A stretch of DNA of 63,855 bases from Octopus bimaculoides (lineage: Eukaryota). Under the pieces are notes generated by a model. The model saw only the letters and a list, made by a program, of their open reading frames with translations, searched no databases and was not told where the DNA came from. The stretch lies in assembly GCF_001194135.2 (NCBI RefSeq), contig NC_069004.1, forward strand, positions 7,958,408 through 8,022,262. The letters run 5' to 3'. The translations under genes and the position numbers were made by a program. Shown here piece by piece: positions 40,551 through 54,460 of the stretch; positions within the stretch are counted from its first letter, which is position 1; the number at the start of each line of letters is the position of its first letter.

Positions 40551-41292
40551 GTAGGTAGGTAGGTACGTATGTACGTACGTACGTACATACGTGCATAGNN
40601 NNNNNNNNNNNNNNNNNNNNNNNNNNNNNNNNNNNNNNNNNNNNNNNNNNNNNNNNNNNNNNNNNNNNNNNNNNNNNNNNNNNNNNNNNNNNNNNNNNNN
40701 NNNNNNNNNNNNNNNNNNNNNNNNNNNNNNNNNNNNNNNNNNNNNNNNNNNNNNNNNNNNNNNNNNNNNNNNNNNNNNNNNNNNNNNNNNNNNNNNNNNN
40801 NNNNNNNNNNNNNNNNNNNNNNNNNNNNNNNNNNNNNNNNNNNNNNNNNNNNNNNNNNNNNNNNNNNNNNNNNNNNNNNNNNNNNNNNNNNNNNNNNNNN
40901 NNNNNNNNNNNNNNNNNNNNNNNNNNNNNNNNNNNNNNNNNNNNNNNNNNNNNNNNNNNNNNNNNNNNNNNNNNNNNNNNNNNNNNNNNNNNNNNNNNNN
41001 NNNNNNNNNNNNNNNNNNNNNNNNNNNNNNNNNNNNNNNNNNNNNNNNNNNNNNNNNNNNNNNNNNNNNNNNNNNNNNNNNNNNNNNNNNNNNNNNNNNN
41101 NNNNNNNNNNNNNNNNNNNNNNNNNNNNNNNNNNNNNNNNNNNNNNNNNNNNNNNNNNNNNNNNNNNNNNNNNNNNNNNNNNNNNNNNNNNNNNTATGTA
41201 TGTATGTATTTATAAGTAAATATGAGAGCGATTGTACTATCATAATACCATCGCTAGTGGAAGCGAATACCAGCCGTACAGGCAAATTACTA

Positions 41293-41335
<43 letters not shown>

Positions 41336-41337
41336 TA

Positions 41338-41740
41338 CCACACTACACACCAACATTCCACATCATGCCACACCGAATCACACACCGCCACACCACACCA
41401 TACACCAGCACACCACGCCACCACACCATCACATCACATCACAGCACAACACAACACACCACACATCACAACACCACACATCCCCACACCACACAATATA
41501 TATATAGTCTGAATTTATAAAGAAAAAAAAACAAAAGACGAAGGCAGGTGTATAAACAACAAACAGGCGTATTAGTTTAACTCTCGGGAAGATGAGAAAG
41601 GCTTTTACGCTTCGAGCCTATGCTCTTCAACAGAAAGGTACACGAGAAAATAATCAGAGAGGGAATAAAAAAAAGCCATACCGCACAACCACGCCACATC
41701 ATGCCACACCACACAACACCACATCACACCACTCCGCATA
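41338..41740. repeat. Degenerate (CACCA/CACAC)n arrays flanking a Penelope-like terminal fragment (41520-41680)
   Basis: The arrays are read directly. The internal 'gcttttacgcttcgagcctatgctcttcaacag' resembles a GAAGAG...CTCGAAACG terminal motif. Confidence 0.55.
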
Positions 41741-42229
41741 CACTAGCACTGACCACTTCCTAGCACCCACACCATCATCCACACACCTACACATGCACAC
41801 ATCCACACGTGAAGGTCACCAGCCCCAATCTGCACGCACACACTTACATACTCTCACATACACACCTACGCGAAACTTCGTTTTGGGATCACCACTACTT
41901 TATTATCTCCCTTCCTAGCTCCCCTGTCTGAGAACCTCGGTCCAGCCGGCCGCCATGATCGACCGCTAGTCGCTAAAGCTTTTTTCCATTCCCTCTCTGT
42001 TTATTTATTATTAGTGGTGTCAATTAGACCCAGAGGTTTCATCCTGGAAACAGCTGTAAGACCTTCTATTTATAAATGTTCTAAAATATACAAATTCTTC
42101 ATGGTTCAAAACGCTGGTTACTTTTCACTCAACCTGATATATAAGGATACTATTGTTTATAATAATATCAAGTGATACTGCATGCGTAAAAAACCAATAA
42201 GGTAAAACAATAAGATAAAAAATTACTAA

Positions 42230-42565
42230 TTAATAATTAAGGGTGCTACAAGTAGCACCAGCACGCTAAAAATAGCAGCCAGAAAACGACTACAACCACA
42301 AAATTTCACTGATACACATTAATTGAAATCGGGGAAAATGAACAGAAATTTCAAGCCCACGTACCAATAACGAAAAGAATCGTAAATTGAAAAACCCGAC
42401 ATACCTGTATCGTTACGATCTTAAACTTATTAGTAGGGGTTTTAGAAATTCTGCTCATTCCCCTGATTTCAATGAATGTGTGTCAGTGAAATTTTGTAGT
42501 TGTAGTCGTCTTCTGGCTGCTATTTTTAGCGTGCTGGTGCCACTTGTAGCAATCTTAATTATCAA
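42230..42565. mobile_element. Foldback/MITE-like element, about 130-bp inverted arms and about 77-bp spacer
   Basis: Left arm 42230-42358 and right arm 42436-42565 are reverse complements with scattered mismatches. There is no coding capacity. Confidence 0.85.
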
Positions 42566-43293
42566 TATGTGTGTGCGTGTGTACGCATGCGTATATATGA
42601 ATATATGTGTATGTATGTGTTTATATATGTATACATGTATATATGTATGTGTCTGTGTGCGTGTATATGTATATGCATATGTATGAATGTGTGTGTGAGC
42701 GCATGTATATATATTATACATATACATATATAAATTTTTATGATATTATTCATCCCTTATAAATGAATATTTTAATCTTTTAATTAACAATAAATTTACT
42801 TTATTCATATTTATCTTTCCTCAATCATCGCTATTTTCACTTTATTTATTGTTCTAGTTTTATTTACTTTACTTTATCCCTAATTATATTTTAATCAACC
42901 TGTAAACCCGTCAACCGATCATATAATAATGCAAATCATAAACCGTAATATTTACTTTGCTAAAATAAATTGATAGGTCCACATAATACATCCCAATGTA
43001 TGTCTTTTTTTCTTTTCCTTTTCTCTGATGAAATTATGCTCATGTCACATAAATGCAAATTTAATGTACAAATTTATAATTAGATTATTGAGTATTAATT
43101 GAAACGGATGTAAGTAGAGAAGACAACCAATTTGTTAATTATAAATAATTGTTAACTTACTTATCTCCATTTTCTTTTCTTCTTTTATAAATATATATAT
43201 ATGTATGCATGTATGTATGTATGTATATATGTATGTATGCATGCATGCATGCATGTATGTATGTATGTATGTATGAATGTTTGTATGTATATG

Positions 43294-43327
<34 letters not shown>

Positions 43328-43389
43328 CGTGTGTGTGAATGTGTGTGTGTGTGTGTGTGTGCACACACAACATCACGTAATTTCGAGTT

Positions 43390-43434
43390 CAGCTCCACTG
43401 TGCAGCTCCACTGTGCAGCTCCACTGTGCAGCTC
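43390..43434. repeat. 13-bp tandem repeat (AGCTCCACTGTGC) x about 3.4
   Basis: Read directly. Confidence 0.95.
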
Positions 43435-43514
43435 TCAGAGCAGCTGCCTCCTACCATAACGCCGGGTGCACTGATGCCTTCTGAATGAATTTTGTAGGCA
43501 AGTCCGTCGTATGA

Positions 43515-43572
<58 letters not shown>

Positions 43573-44870
43573 GTGTGTGTGTGTGTGTGCGTGCATTTGT
43601 GAGGTCGAGCATGGCTGGAGGTTACTAACAAAAATAAGTAAAAGGCAAAAGATAACAAGATTTGCATACACAGATATATGTACATATGTATGTGTGTTAA
43701 CGCGGCGTACGTGTGTATGTGTGTGTGTATTCAAAAAGTAGTACGTTGCGTTAAAAAATATTTTGCAGTACTTTATATGTCGAGTAATGCCCCTTTAAAA
43801 TGAGAAAGAATTAGATGTTCGAATAAATAATCTTCCAAAATACATAATAATGAATGTAATGGATAAGTCGGCATTATCTGCTGAAATCTCTTGATGCCAA
43901 TGCCCTGGCATGGCCTCTGTCCAACAATATTGGAAGTAGGAAAAGAAAGAAAGAGATTATATGTCAAAGATATATCACTGAGTTATGTCTGTGTACGAAA
44001 CTATAAAGTTACGAAGCTCTGCTGAATAAGCACATTGTCTAAAGTCATATATATGTAAGTAAATACGAGGTATTTCCTTTATGCTGCTGCTTTTGGGGAT
44101 TTTTTTGTTGTGCTTTGTTTTTGTTGCATGAATATGTGAATAAGAAGAAAACTTTCAGACTGGTCGTTATCAAGACTGACAGTCATGCAAAAGTTAGTCA
44201 ACCATGAATTCTCTGTTTTTTCCCCCTTTTCTTTTTTCGTTTTATGCAAACTCAGCTCCATATGAAAGAGAAAAAGTTCTAGTATCATGAGAATATATAC
44301 TTGTTGTGATGTATTAATTTGCATAGTTTTAAAGACATCGTATTTCAAATACAAACGGTATATATAACTGTTTCGTTATTCATGTATTTTATTAGTGAAG
44401 GCTTTAAAAACTTTGTGTATTATGTTTTTACATCCACTACACTGTCATGCCGTGAAAGTGCGTATTCTAACGATTAGGGTCATGGTTTCGATTCTCGGAT
44501 CAAACGATGCACAAAATCTTTCGTTTCACATTGCTTCACTTCACTCAGATGTTAGTAATTAACCTTGCTACGGAATGACGCCACGTTTATGATGAAGGTA
44601 AGGCTGTGGCAGAGGAATAGGGGAAAGGGATAACCGGGGAACCGGCACTGTGAATCATGGTACTCCAGCCAAGTCACGATCGTAAGATCGTGGTTTCAGG
44701 TCCCGGAACGGACGTCCATGTAGTTGGGAAGTAAGCTTCTTACCACACAACCATACCTGCTCCTATATAAGTAGAAATATGATTAATGAGAGAAAGTATC
44801 AAACAATTTAAAACATATCAAGGCAAAAAAATGATTTGGAATAAAAGGCAAGAAAGAATGGTGAATTAGT

Positions 44871-44962
44871 GTACGTAAATATAAATACGTAAATATATAA
44901 ATACGTAAAATATATGAATATATAAATACGTAAAATATATGAATATATAAATACGTAAAATA
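44871..44962. repeat. AT-rich minisatellite, unit about 25 bp (TACGTAAAATATATGAATATATAAA)
   Basis: Read directly; two full and several partial units. Confidence 0.9.
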
Positions 44963-45308
44963 TTATTTGTTGTATTTAGTTCCTTAAGATGTACACTTAT
45001 GTTAAAACATATTTTGTTGTAGTTTGGGCGGGTTGTTACGTCAATAATATATACACACGCTAGTTTTATTTCACGTCTTTTATTATTTGTGAATTTGCTC
45101 AAGATTTAATCAATTAACAAACCGATTGTCTGCTTAATCGCTGAGGTCATACCTGAAGTATTCCTGGAGTGGAGCGCGCAGCATATTATTGATGAGGTCG
45201 GAAAGGGCAATGACAGGACTTTGACAAATCTAGCTGGATGATTGATTGAGCGAACGATTAATGAAGCAAATGATTAGTTAATTGGTTAAACGTTTATCTT
45301 ATTGACAA

Positions 45309-45337
45309 ATAATGATAATAATAATAATAATGATAAC

Positions 45338-45429
<92 letters not shown>

Positions 45430-45443
45430 TAATAATAATAATG

Positions 45444-45477
<34 letters not shown>

Positions 45478-45494
45478 TAACAATAATAATAATG

Positions 45495-45568
<74 letters not shown>
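45309..45568. repeat. About 260-bp (AAT)n array with interspersed GAT/AAC
   Basis: Read directly. Confidence 0.97.
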
Positions 45569-45872
45569 CATGAGGTAGAGAATAGGAAGCTAGACAGAGT
45601 GCTAATTGAGAAAGAAAGCAAACGATCCTGGATCATAGATATAGCATGCCCAGCTAACAACAAGGAATGCGATAAGGAAGAAAGAAAAGTCGAGAGATAT
45701 GACAGGTTAGCTTGGGAGAAGAAACAGTTGCTGTCGACGAAAAAGGTGGTAGTAGTACCAATAATTGTCGGAGCCCTGGGAACAGTGAGTAAAATAATTT
45801 TGAGAAGTACATGAAACAAATAGGAGCTGCAATAAGGGTGGAGCACTTGCAGAAAACAGCACTGCTTGGAGT
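45569..45872 (+). mobile_element. R4/Dong-like RLE endonuclease fragment
   Basis: HEVENRKLDRVLIEKESKRSWIIDIACPANNKECDKEERKVERYDRLAWEKKQLLSTKKVVVVPIIVGALGTVSK...IRVEHLQKTALLG follows the (R)PD..IID...P.D...KE.EK..KY...PI..GALG pattern. Confidence 0.85.
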
Positions 45873-46462
45873 CTAATACGAACCGTACATTTAGTGCAAT
45901 GAGCGTTTCTTGATTAGCCTCAGGGCTCATGTTATAATGTTATACTGAGTTGGGTATAGTTTATCGTATACATAACCGGAATATCTTTCTGCCTGTACTT
46001 TGGTACCTGCGTATACGTTCTCCTATTTTTGTTCTGTACACACTCTTTTGAACACAACCTGGTGCCTTACCGTTTAAGTGCCTCATTCACTGCAACCCTG
46101 ATCTATTATATATGTGTATGTATATATATTGCTTTTCGGTTTGTGTAATTGGGTACGTTAGTAATTTATTACAGCACATTAGCTGGTTGAAGTATTAAAT
46201 ATTAAGAGAAGTAAGAGAAGAGGTTTAGGTTGAAGGTAAAGCAAGGAAACAACAAACTGAAGTGTAAAAGGAAACGAGAAATCATACTGCTTATTAGTAC
46301 AAATTCTATTGAACTCGCTGCTAAGTTGGTGTTCAGTGAAGCGAAGAATTATTAACATAATGTCCATCACTAATTGAATCTCGCTTTTGTTGTTCAGGTT
46401 TTGAACAATCGCAATGGTGAAATAAGTACGCGCACACACATATACACTCAGACATTGACAGG

Positions 46463-46507
<45 letters not shown>

Positions 46508-46740
46508 ATACAGAGAAGGCGGGTAGAGAGATTAAAAGGGTATAGAAGTATCCGTAGAACAAGATGTGTAAATACACGTATTCTCACTTGCACATGTACG
46601 TAAGCATGTATATATGTATACACATATGAGTATATGTGTGTAGGTATGAATATATATACGTGTGATTGTATATACGTTTATGTATACACACATATATGTA
46701 TACATATAAATATGTGTGTGTATATATATGTATATATATA

Positions 46741-46783
<43 letters not shown>

Positions 46784-48186
46784 AATATTATAATATTCCT
46801 GTAAAACATCATAGCACGCCAACCAGCTTTTAGCAATAATAATATATAGCCATCTCGTTTAGAAATTGCACTATTTCGCCTAAGTCAGTTTATTTTACAG
46901 CAGTAAAAGGTCATAAGATTAACATTTGTTATCACCCTGTACATTAGATTCACCAGTCCATCATATTCAGCAATCAGTAAATAATGAATTCAATTAATAA
47001 TACCTAATATCCAGTGCAAGCACTCAAATAGTCATAAAACTGTTCGACTCGGAAATACAGTTTCCCTTTAGTTTCATAACTAGGCTATTTAGGCTTCTAT
47101 TAACCATCAGATACATTCATATGCTACCAACCATAATAGTTCTATTGCTAGCTTTGCCATAAGAAAAACCATGAAATTATCGCACCATACCCAGTTGTTC
47201 TACATATATAATTGCAGAACGGCGAGCACTTTAATGCTAATAGCCTTGTTGGTGTATATATTTGAAGCAAAATAAAAAAAAGATTTTTCCGTTTGTAAAA
47301 CGAGGTTTTTTTATCGAGATATCGGAATATTTTCAAACATGAACATCCAATCCACTGACAAATTCTATACACACATCCACACTATTTACAAGCAAGTAAT
47401 ATTTAATACCTCGAAGGTTTCTATAATGGAAAAAAATGCATTTGTTAATGGTCATTCAATTAAAATCTTTACAAGTCTCAGCCGCCTTGGACTTGGTATG
47501 TAACTGTAAGCATATGTTTCGCAAAAGAGGGAGAATAAGGTCAAAACGTGCCCACACTTCTCAGTGCATTTGTCAATGTTGACACTCTTCATGACCCCCG
47601 ACCACAACTGCATGCCTGTACACACTCAAATTTTACTAATTTGGGTTCTAACACTATTTTTTTGTGGTCCTTAGATACATGATGTTGAAACTAAGGTTAG
47701 AGGTTTCTAATTTTATGTGTAATTTTAATTAATTACATACTATATTGCAGTACTAATATCAATGATACCAATGTCATTTCAATGCCTATATAGTACAGTT
47801 AACAGAACGGTAATAACCCAGATTATATATATATATATATATATNNNNNNNNNNNNNNNNNNNNNNNNNNNNNNNNNNNNNNNNNNNNNNNNNNNNNNNN
47901 NNNNNNNNNNNNNNNNNNNNNNNNNNNNNNNNNNNNNNNNNNNNNNNNNNNNNNNNNNNNNNNNNNNNNNNNNNNNNNNNNNNNNNNNNNNNNNNNNNNN
48001 NNNNNNNNNNNNNNNNNNNNNNNNNNNNNNNNNNNNNNNNNNNNNNNNNNNNNNNNNNNNNNNNNNNNNNNNNNNNNNNNNNNNNNNNNNNNNNNNNNNN
48101 NNNNNNNNNNNNNNNNNNNNNNNNNNNNNNNNNNNNNNNNNNNNNNNNNNNNNNNNNNNNNNNNNNNNNNNNNNNNNNNNNNNNNN

Positions 48187-48217
<31 letters not shown>

Positions 48218-48762
48218 TATATATACATATATAAACCCTCATTATATCCGTTCTGGAATTTCACGTCTTTTCTGCAAAATTCACACATGAATTCTCACCC
48301 CACACACGTATATTTACACAGATATACACACACATGCACTTTACACACGCAGACATACTGACACATGTATTAAAAATTCAATAATCAAACACAGTTAGCA
48401 TTAAGCTCTGCGCCTGATTCATTGCTATCGAGAAAAGCAGTGGTTACGACTTGAACATGCACTCGACCTCGTTCTGAAAATACAGGAATCACAGTGGTGG
48501 AGCGTATGTATAAAAATTTAACAGATAAAAAATGTGAAAGGTGCTTATTCTGTTTGTTGACACCTGTTTCGTAATCTGTATTAGTTACGTAGATGGTGCT
48601 ACATCATCCACGAAACACATATAACCAAGATGCACACAGACTTATAATATATAAACACCTATAAACATAATTGTGCTGTCACAACACTGTACAGATCAAA
48701 TGTATCATGGATAGTCAAACACCAAACACACAAACACAAACACGCAATCACGCGCGTGTACG

Positions 48763-48810
<48 letters not shown>

Positions 48811-49494
48811 TATATATATTTACAGAACGAGAGACAGAGATACATATACAACATATACACTGTATGTACGTGTCAATGCATTTATGTATATATGTGTGTA
48901 TATTTAGAAATGTAATTAGATTCTAAAAGAACAAAGGGTTGCTTCCTATTTACGTCTGATATTGTTTGCTGTTTGCTACAAGCTTAACATTACAAATAAT
49001 TTGTCTTCACTTGAATCATCAAATGGTAAGAAATCTATCTCTGTGCTACTACGATGATATATTAAAGTAATTTATTGAAAAAACTATTGTTATAAATACA
49101 ACATAGTGTGGGTGTGTGGGTGTGGGTGTGCATGTGTGTGTTTACAAGTATTATATTTGTGTATAGTATATAGAAACGTATCGAACTCTTAAATTTTCCT
49201 TGGTTGACATGAAAGACAGTGGCCTGGTCAGAAGAAATCTATTATTTACGTTGCAATATAACATATAATAAAACAATTTTAATACATCAAACAGGTTTAC
49301 GATACATAATGTTTCGCTGCGAATTCCTTCGCCAACATTTAACATGATAAACAATTTCCATTCATATGTTAAATCACAGAATTCTATTAGATATAAACAT
49401 ACACGTATACACACTTACATACATACATACATACACGCATACATAGATAATACATACATACTTCTCAATACCAGAAAAGAGAAAGCTAATTCGA

Positions 49495-49625
49495 AGACTA
49501 ATTCGACCCCAGGACTTATTCTTTGTAAGCCTAGTACTTGTTCTATCGGTGTCTTTTTGCCGAACCGGTAAGTTACGGGGGACATAAACACACCAGCATC
49601 GGTTGTCAAGTGATGTTGCGAAACA
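49495..49625 (-). mobile_element. SINE family B body fragment
   Basis: 'tcgaccccaggacttattctttgtaagcctagtacttg...acaccagcatcggttgtcaag'. Confidence 0.88.
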
Positions 49626-49654
49626 CACACAGACACATAAACACACACATGCAT

Positions 49655-49698
<44 letters not shown>

Positions 49699-50400
49699 GA
49701 AGAAACGCAACGCACTACATGGATTGGGAATTGAAACCACAACCTCGTGATCGCGGGTGCTACAATCTAAACACTAGTCAACACGCCTTCACAATGTGGT
49801 TCGCAACGCTCTTAAACATTACGCAATTATCATCAAACCGTATCATGCAGTACACAATAAAATTGGATACGAAAACATTAGAATGCAATGCATCTGTACT
49901 CTACAAAATGGACGAGTAGTAAAACACACAGATTAAATATATATAACTGATAGTTAAAAGGCAAAATAAACGCCGAAATAGGATACATTAGTAAAAAATA
50001 TATAGGAACTTTACTGGTTACACGCTACGTCATTCACTTTTGCAATGCTTCGTATGAAAAAAAAAGGGACATCAGCATCACTTTCTACAAGAGAGAACAC
50101 GATGATGCGGTATTCGGAAGTGTCACTCTTGTAAGCAGGAAAGAATTCTTGAGAAAATAGGAAAAAATATCTTGCTTAAAAAAGATAAAAGTAGACACAG
50201 TCTTGTTGTCGGGAAATCGTGTTTTAAAGATGAGGTGTTGTTACACACAGATACACACGCCTACACATAAGGTAGATAGAAACATGTGTATGTGTGTATG
50301 TGTGTGTGTGCTTGTGTGCATAGATAAATATATACGTATTTAGTATATATCTTAGCTGAAAATATATTTTTATACATATAGGTTTACAAATATATGTGCA

Positions 50401-50452
<52 letters not shown>

Positions 50453-50649
50453 CATATATATATGTATATTATGCACATACACGTATAGATATAAATAAAC
50501 GTGTGTGTGTGTGTGTACGTAACTATATAACAGATATATATTTGTATATACTTACATACATCCACACAGGTGCACACACATATGCATGTTTATATATACA
50601 TATACACACATATACATATATATATAGAGAGAGAGATATGGACGCATTT

Positions 50650-50735
<86 letters not shown>

Positions 50736-50748
50736 ATATCTACGTACC

Positions 50749-50779
<31 letters not shown>

Positions 50780-51369
50780 ATGTACCTATTTATCGTACAT
50801 ATATGTTTACATATATTGCAATTCACACACACACACACACATACACACACACATACACACACACAAACATACACACACACACATACACATACACCCACAC
50901 ACACATACGAAAGTTATTTAATTTGACATTATCCTCTTATCTCATGCTGTCGTTCATTCCAAATCGCAAATCAAAAGAACAGAACAAATCATAAAGTAAA
51001 TCCACAAAAGAAAATAAATATCACAAAGCTATCCATTCTTCGTGCTTCATCGATTAATTCTTTTCTAGATTCAGATATCGATACGCTATCACTCAGCTCC
51101 AATCAGCTGTCAATGGGACACAATGGATAACATATACACAATGTGCCAACATAGTTCAATAAATAATCCTTGACAATTCCTATCGTACGTCTTCTTTAAA
51201 CTCCAATGCATACATACATACATACATGCATACATACGCACATATATACATACATGCGTAGATACATACATTCATATATGTGCGTGCGTGTGTGCGTATG
51301 TGTGTGTGAGCATGTGCATGTGTTTTTTTTTCTTTTTTCACAGAGATAATATGTATGTTTCCAAACATA

Positions 51370-51531
51370 ACTACATCGACTCCAGTGCGTAACTGGTACT
51401 TATTTAAACGACCCCGAAAGGATGAAAAGCTAAGTGGACCTCGGCGGAATTTGTACTCAGAACGTAGAGGCAGGCGAAATACCGCTAAGCATTTCGCCCA
51501 ACGTGCTAACGATTCTGCCAGCTCGCCGCCT
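51370..51531 (-). mobile_element. SINE family A copy
   Basis: 'gaccccgaaaggatgaaaagctaagtggacctcggcggaatttgtactcagaacg...ccagctcgccgcct'. Confidence 0.9.
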
Positions 51532-51607
51532 GTAATGCACTTTTATATTAATCAGGGAAGATCCGATACACTATAATAACGATAGTAGTAGTATTANNNN
51601 NNNNNNN

Positions 51608-51667
<60 letters not shown>

Positions 51668-52566
51668 GCTGGGTCACCGCCAATATATATACATATAGAT
51701 ATACACATACGTATACATATGAGTGTATAAACATTTACATATACATATATGCATATCATGTTTATATACTCATATATGCATACACACATTAATGTATTTA
51801 TATTAATATATATATGTATGCTTTCTAGGCAAAACAGCGCCTACAGGACGGTGTCACGATTAAATTTTTAGCCTTAATGTATGTTTTGAAAGATAATCGG
51901 TTGATCCATTAAACTTTAAATGCTTGATTTGTCATATTCATCGATTTACTATCTAGAGCTGTCTTTAGATGCAGTTCCAGAACCCGTTTTACAAACACTG
52001 GGACGCGTGTAAGAACGGGTGTAAAATGTTTCGCTCACAAAGCTCCTGACAAATAAAATTGGCGCCATTTTAACAGTTTCATTATAACAGTGATATGGCC
52101 AATTTTTGCTTCTGTGTTTGTTTTTATTCGTGCTTTTGTGTTCCAGAAATGAATCGTCAATCGCATTAAAAATATTGGAGATATAGGTAATTTCGAGATA
52201 TTCAATAAATCTTTGTAAATGGTTTGTTTATCTGCAGTGAGTAATGAAACGTGTTTTGACAGTGAATTAAAGTAATGTTGCTAGTTCTTTGTTGTTGAAG
52301 ATGTAAACAGTTACGTTGTTACTTGTAACGAATAAAACTTCTAATCGGATGCAATCAGAAGCTGGACGTTACGTTAGTGTTACTGTTAGACTTATGTCAT
52401 GGGTGCAGAAAATACGGTTTCGAATTGCACATGTAACCTTTGGTGGTTTTTTTCCATCTAGAGGTTTATAAATCCAATATAATTACGTGCTATTATTATC
52501 AGCATCTTGACGCTCATCTCTATTTATTTCACATTACGAAGCTTCTACATTTTCATATGTATACAT

Positions 52567-52608
<42 letters not shown>

Positions 52609-52618
52609 ACGTAAGTGC

Positions 52619-52652
<34 letters not shown>

Positions 52653-53274
52653 TTCTATGCCACGCTACGCATAAAAACAATATAGTAAATTGAAAGATAA
52701 CCGAACACATTTTAGTAGCGTAAAAAATGTTAAACTTTTACACGGAAAAAAACGTCAGTGCACATTTTGGCTCAGTCGCCTGATTGACTGATTAATTGAT
52801 AGAAAGATAGACATACAGCCAGACAGACAGTAACACATCGTATATAGTCAAGGAAAACCATATTTTTTGGCCTAGAAATTTGCAATTATATATTTGTCAG
52901 TCGCTATTATACTTTTTACTCTACAATTCTTTATAAAATTCGCATAAAAAAGCGTGGTATAGATTTCTTAAGTTCATTATCAAATAAGCAGTGCAATTAC
53001 TAACGTATAATTAGCGTGGCATGCATCTAACCGTATTATCTATTATATAAGCTAGACTGCATGCCTTTACATTTATCGTTTCATGGTTGGCAGGGGGTGC
53101 AAGTGTGTACTTATGAATGTGTGTGTGTGCGCGTGGCATATTCCTCCAGGAATATTTCTCGCTTGAAGTAATGAGAATTCTTGTTAATGCCGAAACTGAC
53201 ATTACCAATCAATCATTCGAGAAATGTTAGAATTTCAAATGCGCAGAAAGCTACAGAAAAGAAATATCTGCGCG

Positions 53275-53605
53275 GTGGTGGTGATGATGAGGAGGAGGAG
53301 GACGACGACGACGACGTGGACGACGAGGAGGACGAGGAGGACGATGAGGACGAGGAGGACGAGCAGGAGGAGGACGAGGAGGACGACGAGCAGGAGGAGG
53401 ACGACGAGCAGGAGGAGGACGATGGCGATGACGACGACGATGACGACGATTATGATGAGGATGGTGATGATGAAGACGTTGATGATAAAAGCGACCACGA
53501 AGACGATGATGATGCTTGTGATGATGATGATGAGGAGGAGGAGGAGGAGGAGGAGGAGGAGGAGGAGGAGGAGGAGGAGGAGGAGGAGGAGGATGGTGAT
53601 GGTGA
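53275..53605. repeat. Compound GAN trinucleotide low-complexity tract (reads poly-Asp/Glu on +)
   Basis: GAT/GAC/GAG runs including a pure (GAG)n of about 20 units. No flanking domain or convincing splice context. Confidence 0.85.
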
Positions 53606-54184
53606 AGGAGTCGTAGTATATGTTGTATAAACTTATAATTATGGCGGACAGCAATGATTACGAGAATCTGCATGGTATATTTACACACGGGTAATTTATA
53701 GCGGTATATTCAGTGCTGAAATTAATGAACAACTTGATTTTTTTTTTTTTGTAGGAATTTTAATGATTATTTTTTATCATTATTATTATTATTATTTGAA
53801 ACACTTCAATTTTTGTTCTTACATTATTTCCAATTTAAAAACCACAGTAAACATCTATGCTTTTTTTTTTTGTATGAAAAAAATTAAAACCTGCAGTTGT
53901 ATATTCGTAACCTTTATAATTTTTGTTTTATCACCCGTGCCATTTAAAGTGCATTAAGCACCTAATTAGAGATAAAAGTTCAGCATGGATATGCAATACT
54001 CCAACGAGAGTAACTTTAGCAATGGTTACTATGGTCAAGTGTAATGGATACGAGTAAAGATACCAGGAGTAATCCATGAGAGATTACATGATCGTATTTA
54101 TTTAGAAGTAGATGTGTTTTGTTGCGTGTACATAGAGCTTTCGTGATCCACTACGATTCATAAGGCGGGAACTGGTTTCCATAA

Positions 54185-54460
54185 CTGGTTTCAAATTCTG
54201 GCACAAGGCAGGAAAATTCTGGAGAAGGGGTAAGTCGATTTCATCGACCCCAGTATTTAAATGGTACTCATTTTATCGGCTCCGGACGGATGAACTGTAA
54301 AGTCAATCTTGGCGGAATTTGAACTCAGAACGTAAAGACGGACGAAATATCGCTAAGCATTTCGCCCAGCGTGCTAAAGACTGTGCCACCTCGCCGCCTT
54401 GAATATATAATAAGTATTTCACCCGGCGGCGTGCTAACGATTCTGCTAGCTTACCACCTT
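54185..54460 (-). mobile_element. SINE family A copy plus a head fragment
   Basis: 'gtcgatttcatcgaccccagt...ggcggaatttgaactcagaacgtaaagacggacgaaatatcgctaagcatttcgcc'. Confidence 0.9.

Noticed and set aside
42740-42960. Weak cytochrome b-like words (FHP, PN, KP.WY-like)
   Set aside because: Spacing is inconsistent and the T/C/A-rich composition does not fit what I expect for the cephalopod cob coding strand. It is probably chance in AT-rich DNA.
45302-45814. 170-aa poly-Asn ORF as a host gene
   Set aside because: It is an (AAT)n array read in frame into a truncated retrotransposon endonuclease.
51069-51163. + strand terminal-exon-like reading (D)SDIDTLSLSSNQLSMGHNG* with AATAAA
   Set aside because: It is short, has no recognisable homology, and such signals are frequent by chance in AT-rich DNA.
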